This document shows, piece after piece, positions 7,412 to 17,020 of a stretch of DNA of 38,966 bases (positions are counted from its first letter, which is position 1; each line of letters starts with the position of its first letter). A program made the translations under genes and the position numbers. Origin of the DNA: Actinomycetota bacterium (lineage in GTDB: Bacteria; Actinomycetota; Acidimicrobiia; Acidimicrobiales; Ilumatobacteraceae); contig JBEGJV010000002.1 of assembly GCA_041184385.1 (NCBI GenBank), forward strand, positions 1 to 38,966, given 5' to 3'. A model generated the notes under the pieces. It saw only the letters and a list, made by a program, of their open reading frames with translations, was not told the origin of the DNA and ran no database searches.

Positions 7412-9948
7412 CAGTTCGTGGTGAGTGCGCTGAGGATGTCCACCTTCGTGGCTCGCCATGCGGGGTAGACCGCGGCGAGAACACCCACGACGAACGACAT
7501 CACGAGGATGAAGACCGTCGAACCGACCGGCACGCTGAACGAGGTGAGACCCTGGTCGCGGAGTGCGAACACGATGACCCAGCCGAGGCCGATCCCGAGC
7601 ACGATGCCGGTGACGGCACCGACGAGCGAGGTGATGACGCTCTCCCAGCGCACCGTGGTGCGCACCTGGCTCTTCGTCATGCCGACGGCGCGCAGCAGGC
7701 CGATCTCGCGCTGGCGCTCGAACACGGACAGCAGCAAGGTGATGACGATCCCGACGATGGCGATGATGACGGACAGGAAGAGGAGACCGTAGATGAGGCC
7801 GAGCAGCTGGTTGACGCTGCCCGCGCGCGAGTCGATGAACTCGCGCTTCGACAGGACCTTGCCCTGTCCGTACTTCGTGACGGCCTTCTCCAGGGCCGCA
7901 CGGGCTTCCTCCTCCGGGACACCCGCCTTCGTCTTGATGAACACGTCCATGTCGAAGTGCTGGACGGGTGTGCCCTCGACAAGGGCGCGGCTGACCGTGT
8001 ACTTGCCGAACTCGTCGAGCGAGTAGATGCCGGCGATTCTCAGCGCCTTGGAGGTGCCGTCGGCGAGCGTGATGTTGATCGTGTCGCCGACAGCCGCCTT
8101 GTTGTTCTTTGCGTACTTCTGCGACACGAAGATGGTGTCCGGGGTGAGGTCCGAGAACTTGCCCTGTGTGAGGCCGATCTCGAAGACGCCGTCGACGTTG
8201 CGCGGGTCGATGGTGACGATGAACTGGCCCTTGTCCTCGATGCGCACCGTGAGCATGCCGATGCCCGTGGCACGTTCGACCTCGGGCAGCTTGTTGATGC
8301 CGTCGGCGAGTGACGGGCTGAGGCCGCCGAACCCCTGGTTGTTCGAGCTGATCGCGTAGTCGCCCTTGAACTGGCTGGTGAAGGTGGAGTCGATCTGGCC
8401 CTTGATGCTGGCGGCGAGTGCCGACACGGCTGTGACGAGGGCGACGCCGATGAGCACGGGTGCGGCGGTGCGCGAGGTGCGCTTCGGGTTGCGGGCGCTG
8501 TTCTCTCGCGCCATCCGTCCGGTCACGCCGCGCAGCGCCGCGGCAGGACGGCCGAGGAACCGTGCCACGGGCTTCGCGGTGATCGGGCCCACCACGATGA
8601 TGCCGATGAAGACGAACAGGATGCCGAGGCCGAGGAACGACGTGCGTGCACCGCCGACGACCGCCCCGATGACGCCGAGTCCGGAAAGGATGAACACGAG
8701 TGCGGTGACGAGACGCTTGCGCCCGGGTCCCGCCGTCTCGATGGCGGCATCGCGCATGGCGGCGAGCGGTGGCACGCGTCCCGCACGGCGCGCGGGAAGG
8801 AGTGCGGACGCAAGGGTGACGAACAGTCCCACGAGGAGCGTCTGGATGACCGTGTTCCCCGTGACCACCAGGCCGCCGGTGGGAAGGTCGACACCGGCTG
8901 CCTTCAGCGCGGCGCTGAGTCCCTTCGACAGACCGATGCCGCCGAAGAGACCGGCAACGGACCCGAACACACCGACGGCGAGCGCCTCGATCAGCATCGC
9001 GCTTGTCACCTGCCTGCGGCTGGCACCGATCGCGCGGAGCAATGCGTTCTCCTTCTGGCGTTGCGCGGCGCTGATGGAGAACACGTTGTAGATGACGAAG
9101 CTGCCGACGCCAAGGGCGATGAAGCTGAACACGGACAGCAGGATGCCGAAGAAGCTGAGCGCGGAACCGATCTGGTCCTGCGTCTCGGCCGTGATCTGCG
9201 CGCCGGTGAGTGTCTCCGTCTTCGCACTGGCCGGCAGCGCGGCGTTGATCGCCTTCGCGAGCTCCTCGTCACTCAACGAACCGTCGCCTGCAACGAGGAT
9301 GTCGTCGACGTAGCCGGGCTTCGTGAGGAAGTCCATCGCGGTGGTCTGGTCGAAGAACGCGAAAGTGGCGCCACCGGGGGAGCGGACATTGCCGTAAGAG
9401 GCGATGCCGACGAGAGTGAAGTCGCGGCTGCCACCCTGTGCCGACACCTTCACCGTGTCACCCAGTTCGTACTTGCCCTTCTTGGCGGATGCCTCGTCGA
9501 GTGCTGCCTCTGTTGGTTTCGTCGGCCAGCGACCCTCCGTCACGGTCCACAGTGCGCCCTTGAAGTCCTTGCCGACACCACCGAACGTGGGCGGCCCGTT
9601 GCCCTCGGACCCGATGGGCTTGCCGTCCTTGCCGGTGATGCGGGCGAATGCCTGGATGTCACCCATTGCATCAGCGACACCCGGGACCTGTGCGACCTGG
9701 TCGACGAGCGTGATCGGGATGCGCTGGCGTTCCTCGGTGCCGAACTCACCCTCGATGACCTGCGAGGAACGCACGTACGCGTCGATGTTCTTGAACACGT
9801 CCTCGAAGAGGTTGTTGAAAGTGCGGTCGAGAGTCGCGGAGAACACGGAGGTTCCCGCGAGGAACGCGGTGCCGAGGATGACGGCAAGGGACGTGAGCAC
9901 CAGGCGGGCCTTCCGGCCGAGGATGCTCTTCAGGGCGACGCGGAACAT
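7411..9948 (-). CDS. ABC transporter permease, duplicated FtsX/MacB-type domains with large extracytoplasmic regions
   Basis: 845-aa ORF. N-terminus MFRVALKSILGRKARLVLTSLAVILGTAFL is typical of MacB/FtsX-type permeases. Two FtsX-like 4-TM blocks end in ...AVYPAWRATKVDILSAL. Confidence 0.85.
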   Translation of the reverse strand: MFRVALKSILGRKARLVLTSLAVILGTAFLAGTSVFSATLDRTFNNLFEDVFKNIDAYVRSSQVIEGEFGTEERQRIPITLVDQVAQVPGVADAMGDIQAFARITGKDGKPIGSEGNGPPTFGGVGKDFKGALWTVTEGRWPTKPTEAALDEASAKKGKYELGDTVKVSAQGGSRDFTLVGIASYGNVRSPGGATFAFFDQTTAMDFLTKPGYVDDILVAGDGSLSDEELAKAINAALPASAKTETLTGAQITAETQDQIGSALSFFGILLSVFSFIALGVGSFVIYNVFSISAAQRQKENALLRAIGASRRQVTSAMLIEALAVGVFGSVAGLFGGIGLSKGLSAALKAAGVDLPTGGLVVTGNTVIQTLLVGLFVTLASALLPARRAGRVPPLAAMRDAAIETAGPGRKRLVTALVFILSGLGVIGAVVGGARTSFLGLGILFVFIGIIVVGPITAKPVARFLGRPAAALRGVTGRMARENSARNPKRTSRTAAPVLIGVALVTAVSALAASIKGQIDSTFTSQFKGDYAISSNNQGFGGLSPSLADGINKLPEVERATGIGMLTVRIEDKGQFIVTIDPRNVDGVFEIGLTQGKFSDLTPDTIFVSQKYAKNNKAAVGDTINITLADGTSKALRIAGIYSLDEFGKYTVSRALVEGTPVQHFDMDVFIKTKAGVPEEEARAALEKAVTKYGQGKVLSKREFIDSRAGSVNQLLGLIYGLLFLSVIIAIVGIVITLLLSVFERQREIGLLRAVGMTKSQVRTTVRWESVITSLVGAVTGIVLGIGLGWVIVFALRDQGLTSFSVPVGSTVFILVMSFVVGVLAAVYPAWRATKVDILSALTTN

Positions 9949-9952
9949 GCGG

Positions 9953-10693
9953 TCAGTTACCGAGGCTCTTCATGCGGTCGAGCACGCGCTCCGGCGTGGG
10001 CTCGCGCATCTCGTCCACGATCTTTCCGTCGGCCAGGAAAATGATGCGGTCGGCGTAGCTGGCGGCCACCGGGTCGTGGGTGACCATCACGATGGTCTGG
10101 CCGAGGTCCTTCACCGCATGCCTCATGAAGCGCAGGATCTCTGTTCCGGTGGTGGAGTCGAGGTTGCCCGTCGGCTCGTCGGCGAAGATGATCCGAGGCT
10201 GCGACGCAAGCGCGCGGGCGACAGCGACGCGCTGTTGCTGGCCGCCCGAGAGCTCGCTCGGCCGGTGGGTGAGGCGGTCGTTCAGGTGCACCGTCTCGAT
10301 GACCTTCGCGATCCACTCGGCATCGCCGTCCTGGCCACCGAGGAGCAACGGCAGTCGGATGTTCTCGTCGGCGGTGAGGGTGGGCACCAGGTTGAACGAC
10401 TGGAAGATGAAGCCGATCTTCTCGCGGCGCAGCGTGGTGAGTTCCCTGTCGTTGAGGCCGGAGAGATCGACGTCATCAATGATTGCTGACCCCTTGGTGA
10501 GCTCGTCGAGACCCGCGATGCAGTGCATGAGGGTGGACTTGCCCGAGCCGCTCGGCCCCATGATCGCGGTGAACTCGCCGCTGTTGAACGAGACGGAGAC
10601 GTCGTCGAGCGCGCGGACCTCGCTGTCGCCCGAGCCGTAGATCTTCGAGGCGTTGCGTGCTTCTGCCGCAACCGTGAGGGTGGGGGGATTCAT
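9953..10693 (-). CDS. ABC transporter ATP-binding protein (MacB/LolD-type)
   Basis: Start at ATG 10693 (MNPPTLTV...). Walker A GPSGSGKST, signature [15 protein letters not shown], Walker B IIFADEPTGNLD. Confidence 0.85.
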   Translation of the reverse strand: MNPPTLTVAAEARNASKIYGSGDSEVRALDDVSVSFNSGEFTAIMGPSGSGKSTLMHCIAGLDELTKGSAIIDDVDLSGLNDRELTTLRREKIGFIFQSFNLVPTLTADENIRLPLLLGGQDGDAEWIAKVIETVHLNDRLTHRPSELSGGQQQRVAVARALASQPRIIFADEPTGNLDSTTGTEILRFMRHAVKDLGQTIVMVTHDPVAASYADRIIFLADGKIVDEMREPTPERVLDRMKSLGN

Positions 10694-10736
10694 GGTGTCC
10701 AGTCTGCCGAGGGGCTCGTTGTTCCCCACATACAAC

Positions 10737-10775
10737 ATGGCCGGATTGCCCTTATTCCAAGGGCAATCCGGCCAT
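10737..10775 (-). terminator. Perfect 17-bp stem / 5-nt loop hairpin downstream of the peroxiredoxin gene
   Basis: ATGGCCGGATTGCCCTT-attcc-AAGGGCAATCCGGCCAT. It lies 44 nt after the peroxiredoxin stop on the minus strand and upstream of the ABC ATPase start. There is no clear U-tract. Confidence 0.5.
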
Positions 10776-10818
10776 GTCACGATGTTGCCCGTCCCGCAGG
10801 ACGAACGTCACTTCTCGT

Positions 10819-11454
10819 TTACTTGTTCGGCTGCGGGAGAACGCGCAGGTACGGCTTCACCGTCTTCCATCCCTGCGGGAACAGTGCCTTTGCCTCCTCG
10901 TCGGAGACTGCCGCACCGATGATGACGTCCTGACCGTCGGTCCAGTTCGCCGGCGTCGCCACCTTGAACTTGGCGGTGAGCTGCAGCGAGTCGATGACGC
11001 GGAGGATTTCCTCGAAGTTGCGGCCGGTCGACGCGGGGTAGGTGATCGACAGCTTGACCTTCTTGTCCGGTCCGATGATGTAGACGGAACGCACGGTCAT
11101 CGTGTCGCTCGCATTCGGGTGGATCATGTCGTAGAGACCGGAGACCTTCTTGTCGGCATCGCCGATCATCGGGAAGTTCACCGGGGTTCCCTGGGTCTCC
11201 GCGATGTCTGCTTCCCACTTGACGTGCGAGTCGACGGGATCAACCGAAAGACCGATGACCTTCACGTTGCGCTTGTCGAACTCGGGCTTGATGCGCGCGA
11301 CGTAACCGAGCTCGGTGGTGCACACCGGCGTGAAGTCCTTCGGGTGGCTGAAGAGCACGCCCCACGAGTCGCCGAGCCACTCGTGGAAGTTGATGGTGCC
11401 CTGCGTGGTGTCTGCTGTGAAGTTGGGGGCTTCGTCGCCCAAACGAACGCTCAT
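10819..11454 (-). CDS. 1-Cys peroxiredoxin (Prx6-type, AhpC/TSA family)
   Basis: Start at ATG 11454 (MSVRLGDEAPNF...), with AAGGAGAG 5 nt upstream. Active site is DFTPVCTTEL. Family-typical HEWLGDSWGVLFSHP. Confidence 0.85.
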   Translation of the reverse strand: MSVRLGDEAPNFTADTTQGTINFHEWLGDSWGVLFSHPKDFTPVCTTELGYVARIKPEFDKRNVKVIGLSVDPVDSHVKWEADIAETQGTPVNFPMIGDADKKVSGLYDMIHPNASDTMTVRSVYIIGPDKKVKLSITYPASTGRNFEEILRVIDSLQLTAKFKVATPANWTDGQDVIIGAAVSDEEAKALFPQGWKTVKPYLRVLPQPNK

Positions 11455-11555
11455 GGTTCTCTCCTTGGTCAAAGGTTGGTGGAGGGCAGGATAGGGGCAC
11501 TTTCCCTAATTCCGACAAAGTTGGTCGGGATTTATGTCCGCCAACAGAAACGGGG

Positions 11556-12167
11556 TCAGTGGGCAGTTGCCGACGTGTCCATCGAGCGGGCGACCAACGC
11601 CGCCACCGAATCCACCAGTGCGTCAATCGTTAGCTCCGGGGGCAGTTTGTTCCGCAGCGGTCCGTCGATCAGAAGTGTCGCAAGACCGTGCGCCTGGGAC
11701 CACAGCAACGTGGGAAGAGCGAATGCATCGGGACCCTGCCCGGCCGCGGGGTTCACCAGAGCCGCGAAGTCGAGGAGTGCGAGGAACGCCTCGTCCGCGG
11801 CGGCCCGTGTGGGCTCGTGAGTTTCCACTCCGCAGATGTCGGAGCGGAACATGACCCTGAAGTGCCCCTTGTGTTCCATGGCGAACCGCACGTACGTGCG
11901 CAGGCAGTCGGTCAACGGGCTCGATGACGACGAGAGGGTCGCGCGGAACTCCGCCGCGAAGGCGCGGAATCCCTCCTCGGAGATCGCGGCAAGAATCCCG
12001 GCCCTGTCGGTGAAGTGGTGGTACGGGGCCTGGTGGCTGATGTCGGCGCGTCGCGCGACTTCCCGCATAGAGAGGGCCTCGGGACCGTCGGTGGCGATGA
12101 TCTCGATGGCAGCGTCGAGAACGGCGCGCTTGACATCTAGATGTTCGGGCGATTTCGGCGGCGTCAT
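11556..12167 (-). CDS. TetR/AcrR family transcriptional regulator
   Basis: HTH region ...LDAAIEIIATDGPEALSMREVARRADISHQAPYHHF.... Start taken at ATG 12167 (MTPPKSPEH...). The gene is divergent from the MFS gene. Confidence 0.8.
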   Translation of the reverse strand: MTPPKSPEHLDVKRAVLDAAIEIIATDGPEALSMREVARRADISHQAPYHHFTDRAGILAAISEEGFRAFAAEFRATLSSSSSPLTDCLRTYVRFAMEHKGHFRVMFRSDICGVETHEPTRAAADEAFLALLDFAALVNPAAGQGPDAFALPTLLWSQAHGLATLLIDGPLRNKLPPELTIDALVDSVAALVARSMDTSATAH

Positions 12168-12182
12168 GGTCTTTACCGTACA

Positions 12183-12222
12183 ACTTGACATTGTCTACGA
12201 ATCATACTAGACAATGTCAAGT
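12183..12222. promoter_or_regulatory. Putative TetR operator: perfect 15-bp inverted repeat with a 10-bp spacer
   Basis: ACTTGACATTGTCTA-cgaatcatac-TAGACAATGTCAAGT. It lies in the AT-rich 46-nt divergent intergenic region, and its right arm covers the ATG (12214) of the MFS gene. Confidence 0.75.
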
Positions 12223-13770
12223 ATGAATACCTCCATGGACAAGGCCTATGCGCGGCGCTGGTGGGTGCTGGTCGTGCTCAGCATCAGTCTCTTCCTCGTT
12301 GTCGTCGACAACCTCATCGTGAACGTGGCGCTGCCGACGTTGCAGCGCGAACTGAACGCATCCACCACCGGGCTCCAGTGGATCGTCGACAGTTACAGCC
12401 TTGTCTTTGCGGGACTGTTGCTCGCCGGCGGGGGGATGGGTGACCGGTTCGGGCGAAAGGGTGCCCTGCAGGTGGGCCTCGTGCTGTTCGCGCTGTGCAG
12501 CACCATCGGTGCATTCTCCGACACCACGGGCGAACTGATCTTCTGGCGCGGCGCCATGGGCATCGGCGCATCACTCGTGTTCCCCGCGACGCTCGCGATC
12601 ATCACCAACCTGTTCATCGATCCCGTCGAGCGCGCGAAGGCCATTGGCATCTGGTCGGCAGTGTCGGGCATGGCCGTGGCATTCGGTCCCATCGCGGGCG
12701 GGTTCTTGCTGGAGCACTTCTGGTGGGGATCGGTGTTCCTCGTCAACCTGCCGATCGTGGCCGTGGCACTCGGTGCGGGGGCGTTCCTCATCCCCACGTC
12801 GAGGGATCCAGGTGCGCACCGCCTGGACATCGTCGGCGTGCTTCTCTCGGTCGTCGCGGTGGCCGCACTCGTCTACACCGTGATCGAGTCACCGCACTGG
12901 GGCTGGGGATCGACCGCATCGAACGGCGGGTTCCTGCTGGCGGTCGTTGCACTGTTCGTGTTCGTGCGCTGGGAACTGTCCCGCGACGAGCCGTTGCTGG
13001 ACGTGAGCTTCTTCCGCAATGCACGCTTCAGCGCCGCGACAGGCAGCATCGGCATCGCGTTCTTCTGCCTGTTCGGTTTCACGTTCCTCGTCACGCAGTA
13101 CTTCCAGTTCGTGCGCGGGTACGACACCCTCAGCGCCGGTTTGCACACGCTGCCGTTCGCAATCGGCGCCGGTGTGACTGCACCGTTTGCCGCCCGCGCT
13201 GCGCTCCGTTTCGGCACGAAGCGCGTGGTCACCCTCGGCCTGGTGAACATGTCGATCGGGTTCGCCATCGTCAGCCAGGTCAACGCCGACAGCGCGTACT
13301 GGGGACCGGTCATCATCTCCATGGTCTTCATGGCGAACGGTCTGTCGTTGGTGACGTCGCCGTCCACCGACGCGGTGATGGGTTCGCTCCCCGTCGACAA
13401 GGCAGGCGTGGGTTCCGCCGTGAACGACATCAGCCGCGAGGTCGGCGGAACTCTCGGCGTCGCAGTCGTCGGGTCGGTGTTCGTCTCGTTGTGGACGCCC
13501 GCAATCACGTCGAAGTTCGAGGCCATCCCCGGGCTCGTCAAGGCACTGCCGGACGGAGTGTTCGACATGGCCCGCGAATCGGTCGGTGCGGCGTACGCGG
13601 TGGTCGGTCGGTCGCCGGCGCCGGCGCAGCCGGTCGTCCAGAAGGCGGTCAGCGACGCGTTCATGAGCGGTTTCGGAAACGCCACCCTGGTGGCCGCCGG
13701 AATGGCGCTGTTCGGTGCCGTGTGCGCATGGTTGTTCCTCCCTGCGCGTCCGAAAGACGCCGACAATTAG
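12214..13770 (+). CDS. MFS transporter, DHA2 (EmrB/QacA-like, 14-TMS) drug:H+ antiporter family
   Basis: 518 aa. ...LVVVDNLIVNVALPTLQRELNAS...LQWIVDSYSLVFAGLLLAGGGMGDRFGRK... is the DHA2 signature region. The alternative start is ATG 12223. Confidence 0.85.
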   Translation: MSSMNTSMDKAYARRWWVLVVLSISLFLVVVDNLIVNVALPTLQRELNASTTGLQWIVDSYSLVFAGLLLAGGGMGDRFGRKGALQVGLVLFALCSTIGAFSDTTGELIFWRGAMGIGASLVFPATLAIITNLFIDPVERAKAIGIWSAVSGMAVAFGPIAGGFLLEHFWWGSVFLVNLPIVAVALGAGAFLIPTSRDPGAHRLDIVGVLLSVVAVAALVYTVIESPHWGWGSTASNGGFLLAVVALFVFVRWELSRDEPLLDVSFFRNARFSAATGSIGIAFFCLFGFTFLVTQYFQFVRGYDTLSAGLHTLPFAIGAGVTAPFAARAALRFGTKRVVTLGLVNMSIGFAIVSQVNADSAYWGPVIISMVFMANGLSLVTSPSTDAVMGSLPVDKAGVGSAVNDISREVGGTLGVAVVGSVFVSLWTPAITSKFEAIPGLVKALPDGVFDMARESVGAAYAVVGRSPAPAQPVVQKAVSDAFMSGFGNATLVAAGMALFGAVCAWLFLPARPKDADN

Positions 13771-13827
13771 ACGATTCTTGGTCATCGTCCGGGGTGGCAA
13801 CCACGGCCCCACAATTACGATGAAGGC

Positions 13828-14697
13828 GTGAATTCACGGGCCATCGAGACACTGCGCATGGACGGGGCACCCGTCCGCGACGCGATCCTCGACGGTCTCA
13901 GGGCCCGCATCACGGCGGCGGGGAATCCCGCGGTGTGCCTGGCCACCGTGCTGGTGGGCGACGACGCACCCAGCCGCAAGTACGTTGCCAGCAAGCACCG
14001 CACGGCCGAGTCGATCGGCATCCGCTCGGTCGGTGTGGAACTTCCCGCCACCGCCTCGCAGGCCGAAGTCGAAGCCGCCGTCGCGAAGCTCGCTGCTGAC
14101 CCCTCGGTGCACGGGATCCTCGTGCAGATGCCGCTGCCGGCCCATCTCGACCCCGAACGCGTCCTCGCACTGATCCCGGTGGAGAAGGACGTCGACGGTC
14201 TCACGGAGGCTTCGCTCGGCCGGTTGGTCCGTTCGGTTCCCGGACACGTCGGTTGCACGCCGCTCGGCGTTCTCCGCCTGCTGCAGCACCACCGCATCCG
14301 CACGTCGGGTGCGCGCGCCGTCGTGATCGGCCGTTCGACACTCGTCGGTCTCCCGTTGTCGATCCTGCTGGCGCAGAAGGGCATCGATGCCACGGTCACA
14401 CTTGCGCACTCGCGCACCGAGGATCTCGTCTCGGTGTGCCGAGATGCCGACATCATCGTGTCGGCTACGGGCATCGCGCGCAGCATTGGCGCCGCGCACG
14501 TGAGACCAGGGGCGACGGTGATCGACGTGGGGATTTCGCGAACGGCGGACGGCATCGTCGGCGACGTCGACTTCGATGCGGTGCAGGGGATTGCCGGCGC
14601 GGTCACGCCGATGCCCGGCGGCACCGGCCTGCTGACGGTGGCGTGCCTGATGGAGAACACCATCGCCGCTGCCGTCCTGCAGGGCGTCGGTGTCTGA
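13828..14697 (+). CDS. folD: Bifunctional methylenetetrahydrofolate dehydrogenase / methenyl-THF cyclohydrolase
   Basis: ...LATVLVGDDAPSRKYVASKHR..., HGILVQMPLP, VVIGRSTLVGLPLS, VTPMPGGTG. Start is GTG 13828 (GAAGG upstream) or ATG 13858. Confidence 0.85.
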   Translation: MNSRAIETLRMDGAPVRDAILDGLRARITAAGNPAVCLATVLVGDDAPSRKYVASKHRTAESIGIRSVGVELPATASQAEVEAAVAKLAADPSVHGILVQMPLPAHLDPERVLALIPVEKDVDGLTEASLGRLVRSVPGHVGCTPLGVLRLLQHHRIRTSGARAVVIGRSTLVGLPLSILLAQKGIDATVTLAHSRTEDLVSVCRDADIIVSATGIARSIGAAHVRPGATVIDVGISRTADGIVGDVDFDAVQGIAGAVTPMPGGTGLLTVACLMENTIAAAVLQGVGV

Positions 14698-16970
14698 TGC
14701 GCCGTCAACTGGTTCTCATCGCGGTGCTCGCCATGGTTGCCCCGTTGTGTGCGGTCGGTGCGGCTCGGGCAACGTCCGGCACCACCTCCGCCGTGCGTGT
14801 CCCGGTCTCGGTCACAGGCCGCTACATCGTGCAGCTCCGTGATGGTGCCGATGTGCAGCAGTTCATCGATGACAATGGCCTCGACCGCACGGGGCTGATC
14901 GTGTACTCGTCGGTCTTCCCAGGGGTGGCGGGTTCGTTCGCTGCCGGGACCATCGCGCGGCTCGCCGCAGACGACCGCGTCGTCTCGGTCGATGCCGACG
15001 AGATCATCACACAGGAGACCACGCGGACCACCGGCCCCACGGTCGCGTACGCGAGCGACAGTGGCTACGTGCCGATGGGTCTCGACCGTATCGACCAACG
15101 CACGGACCCCATCGACCGTTCCTACTCGTACACCAATGACGGGACCGGCGTCGATGTCTACGTGTTCGACACCGGTGTGTACGCGGCGCACACGGAGTTC
15201 TCGGCACGGGTCGCAAACGGCTGGTCGTACAGGGCGGACAGCACGCTCCGGAACTCGGTGTGGTCCACGCTCGGCTCCTGCAAGAACCAGACCGACTCGA
15301 ACGGCAACAACGTCTACAGGGCGGCGGACCACCCGTACGACGTCGACACCTTCGACCATCCGACGCTCGCTGCCGACGTGACGGCGGCGCTGTCCGACGT
15401 GGGCAAGACGGATAACGAGGGGCACGGCACCCACGTTGCGGGCATCGTCGGCGGGAACAGCGTGGGTGCGGCGCCGGGTGTGACCATCTACCCGGTGCGC
15501 ATCCTCAACTCGTGCGGCAGCGGTCTCACGTCCATGGCGAACGCGGGACTCGACTGGGTGATCTCGCACCACACGACGGGCAGGGCCGTGGTGAACATGA
15601 GCATCGGCTTTGACAACCGTCCCTCGAGTTTCGAGACGAAGGTGACGTCGCTCATGGCCGAGGGCGTGGTTGTCGTCGCTGCAGCGGGCAACGAGAGTGG
15701 GTCGTCGTGCAACAGCGCACCGGCGGCAACATTGGGAACGGTGTCCGTGGGTGCAGCGGTCGTGTCGAACTCTTCGACGACCGAGGCGTGGTACTCGAAC
15801 TACGGCGAATGTGTCGACATCTTCGCACCGGGTGGTGCCGCCGCCATGTCTGGCGGGCACGAGGTGGGCACGACGTCCGCGTGGATCGACGTCACGAACA
15901 GTTCGCTGAGTCCATACCTGGTCGAGTCCGGCACCTCGATGGCGGCGCCGCACGTCGCGGGTGTGGTGGCGCAGTACCTGCAGAGCCTTGCCTCCGTGCC
16001 GGTCTCCAAGGCCACCGGAACTGACGCCGTCTGGGCATGGTTGAAGCAGAATGCCACGTGTGATGCGGTCACCTATTACAACGGCTCGCGCACGGTCCAG
16101 ACCCCGAACAGGCTCCTGAACACCGGCACCACCGCGATTGCCCCGTGCGCACCTCGCAACATCACGGTCACGCAGGCGGCCGGACAGAGCGTCGTCGCGT
16201 GGGACGAGGTGGCGACGGGGAACGGCTCCGCCATCACCGGCTACCAGGTCACCACCACACCGTCCACGGCTGGTTGCACCACGAACGCCTTCACGTGCAC
16301 GCTCACGGGCCTGACCGACGGAACGACGTACGTGGTGTCCGTGAGAGCGGTGAACGGCGTCGGTGCCGGCACCGCGGGGACGAAGTCCCTCGTCGCGGGT
16401 GTCTCCGGAACCGCAACGACGGTTGCGCCGACCACCACCGTGGCCCCGGCAACGACGACCACGCTCCCGCCCGACCCGGTGACACCGACCACCGCGAACG
16501 CCACCACGTCGTCCAGCAGCACACTCACGATCTCCTGGCCGGCGGTCAATGCGGCGGGCACCGTCGAGTACACGGTCACCATCTCGCCCGGCGGTGTCTC
16601 GTGCACCACGCGCGCCACCTCGTGCACCTTCGCGGGCGTGAAGAGCGGCACCAACTACTCGTTCACGATCACTGCCCGCAACGTCACCGGCTCGGTTGCC
16701 GGTTCGTCGTTCAAGTTCTCGGCAACGGCGGGGTTCACGGTGAAGCTGCAGTCGGTGAAGGTGAGGAGCCGCACGTTGCTGTCGCGCATCGTCACTTCCC
16801 CGTCAAAGGGGAAGCGCACGTACCGCGTGACCTCCGGCAAGTGTGCGATCAGTGCGGGCAGGCTCGTCGCGCCGACAAAGGCCGGCACCTGCAGGTTCCG
16901 GGTGTCCATCTCGAAGTCGGGGTCGTATCCCGCAATGTCCACCACGGTGAAACTGGTCGTCGTGGGCTGA
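14697..16970 (+). CDS. Secreted subtilisin-like (S8) serine protease: I9-like propeptide, two FN3 domains, Thr/Pro linker and a basic two-Cys C-terminal module
   Basis: Start ATG 14697 overlaps the folD stop (TGATG). Signal peptide MRRQLVLIAVLAMVAPLCAVGAARA. Catalytic triad motifs VFDTGV, GHGTHVAG and GTSMAAPHVAG. Two FN3-like units (...ITGYQVTTTP...YVVSVRAVN...; ...YTVTISPGG...YSFTITARN...). Confidence 0.85.
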   Translation: MRRQLVLIAVLAMVAPLCAVGAARATSGTTSAVRVPVSVTGRYIVQLRDGADVQQFIDDNGLDRTGLIVYSSVFPGVAGSFAAGTIARLAADDRVVSVDADEIITQETTRTTGPTVAYASDSGYVPMGLDRIDQRTDPIDRSYSYTNDGTGVDVYVFDTGVYAAHTEFSARVANGWSYRADSTLRNSVWSTLGSCKNQTDSNGNNVYRAADHPYDVDTFDHPTLAADVTAALSDVGKTDNEGHGTHVAGIVGGNSVGAAPGVTIYPVRILNSCGSGLTSMANAGLDWVISHHTTGRAVVNMSIGFDNRPSSFETKVTSLMAEGVVVVAAAGNESGSSCNSAPAATLGTVSVGAAVVSNSSTTEAWYSNYGECVDIFAPGGAAAMSGGHEVGTTSAWIDVTNSSLSPYLVESGTSMAAPHVAGVVAQYLQSLASVPVSKATGTDAVWAWLKQNATCDAVTYYNGSRTVQTPNRLLNTGTTAIAPCAPRNITVTQAAGQSVVAWDEVATGNGSAITGYQVTTTPSTAGCTTNAFTCTLTGLTDGTTYVVSVRAVNGVGAGTAGTKSLVAGVSGTATTVAPTTTVAPATTTTLPPDPVTPTTANATTSSSSTLTISWPAVNAAGTVEYTVTISPGGVSCTTRATSCTFAGVKSGTNYSFTITARNVTGSVAGSSFKFSATAGFTVKLQSVKVRSRTLLSRIVTSPSKGKRTYRVTSGKCAISAGRLVAPTKAGTCRFRVSISKSGSYPAMSTTVKLVVVG

Positions 16971-17020
16971 GCGCCCGCCTGCCCGTACGCTGTGGGTGGA
17001 CACGAGAACCGGAGAACACC

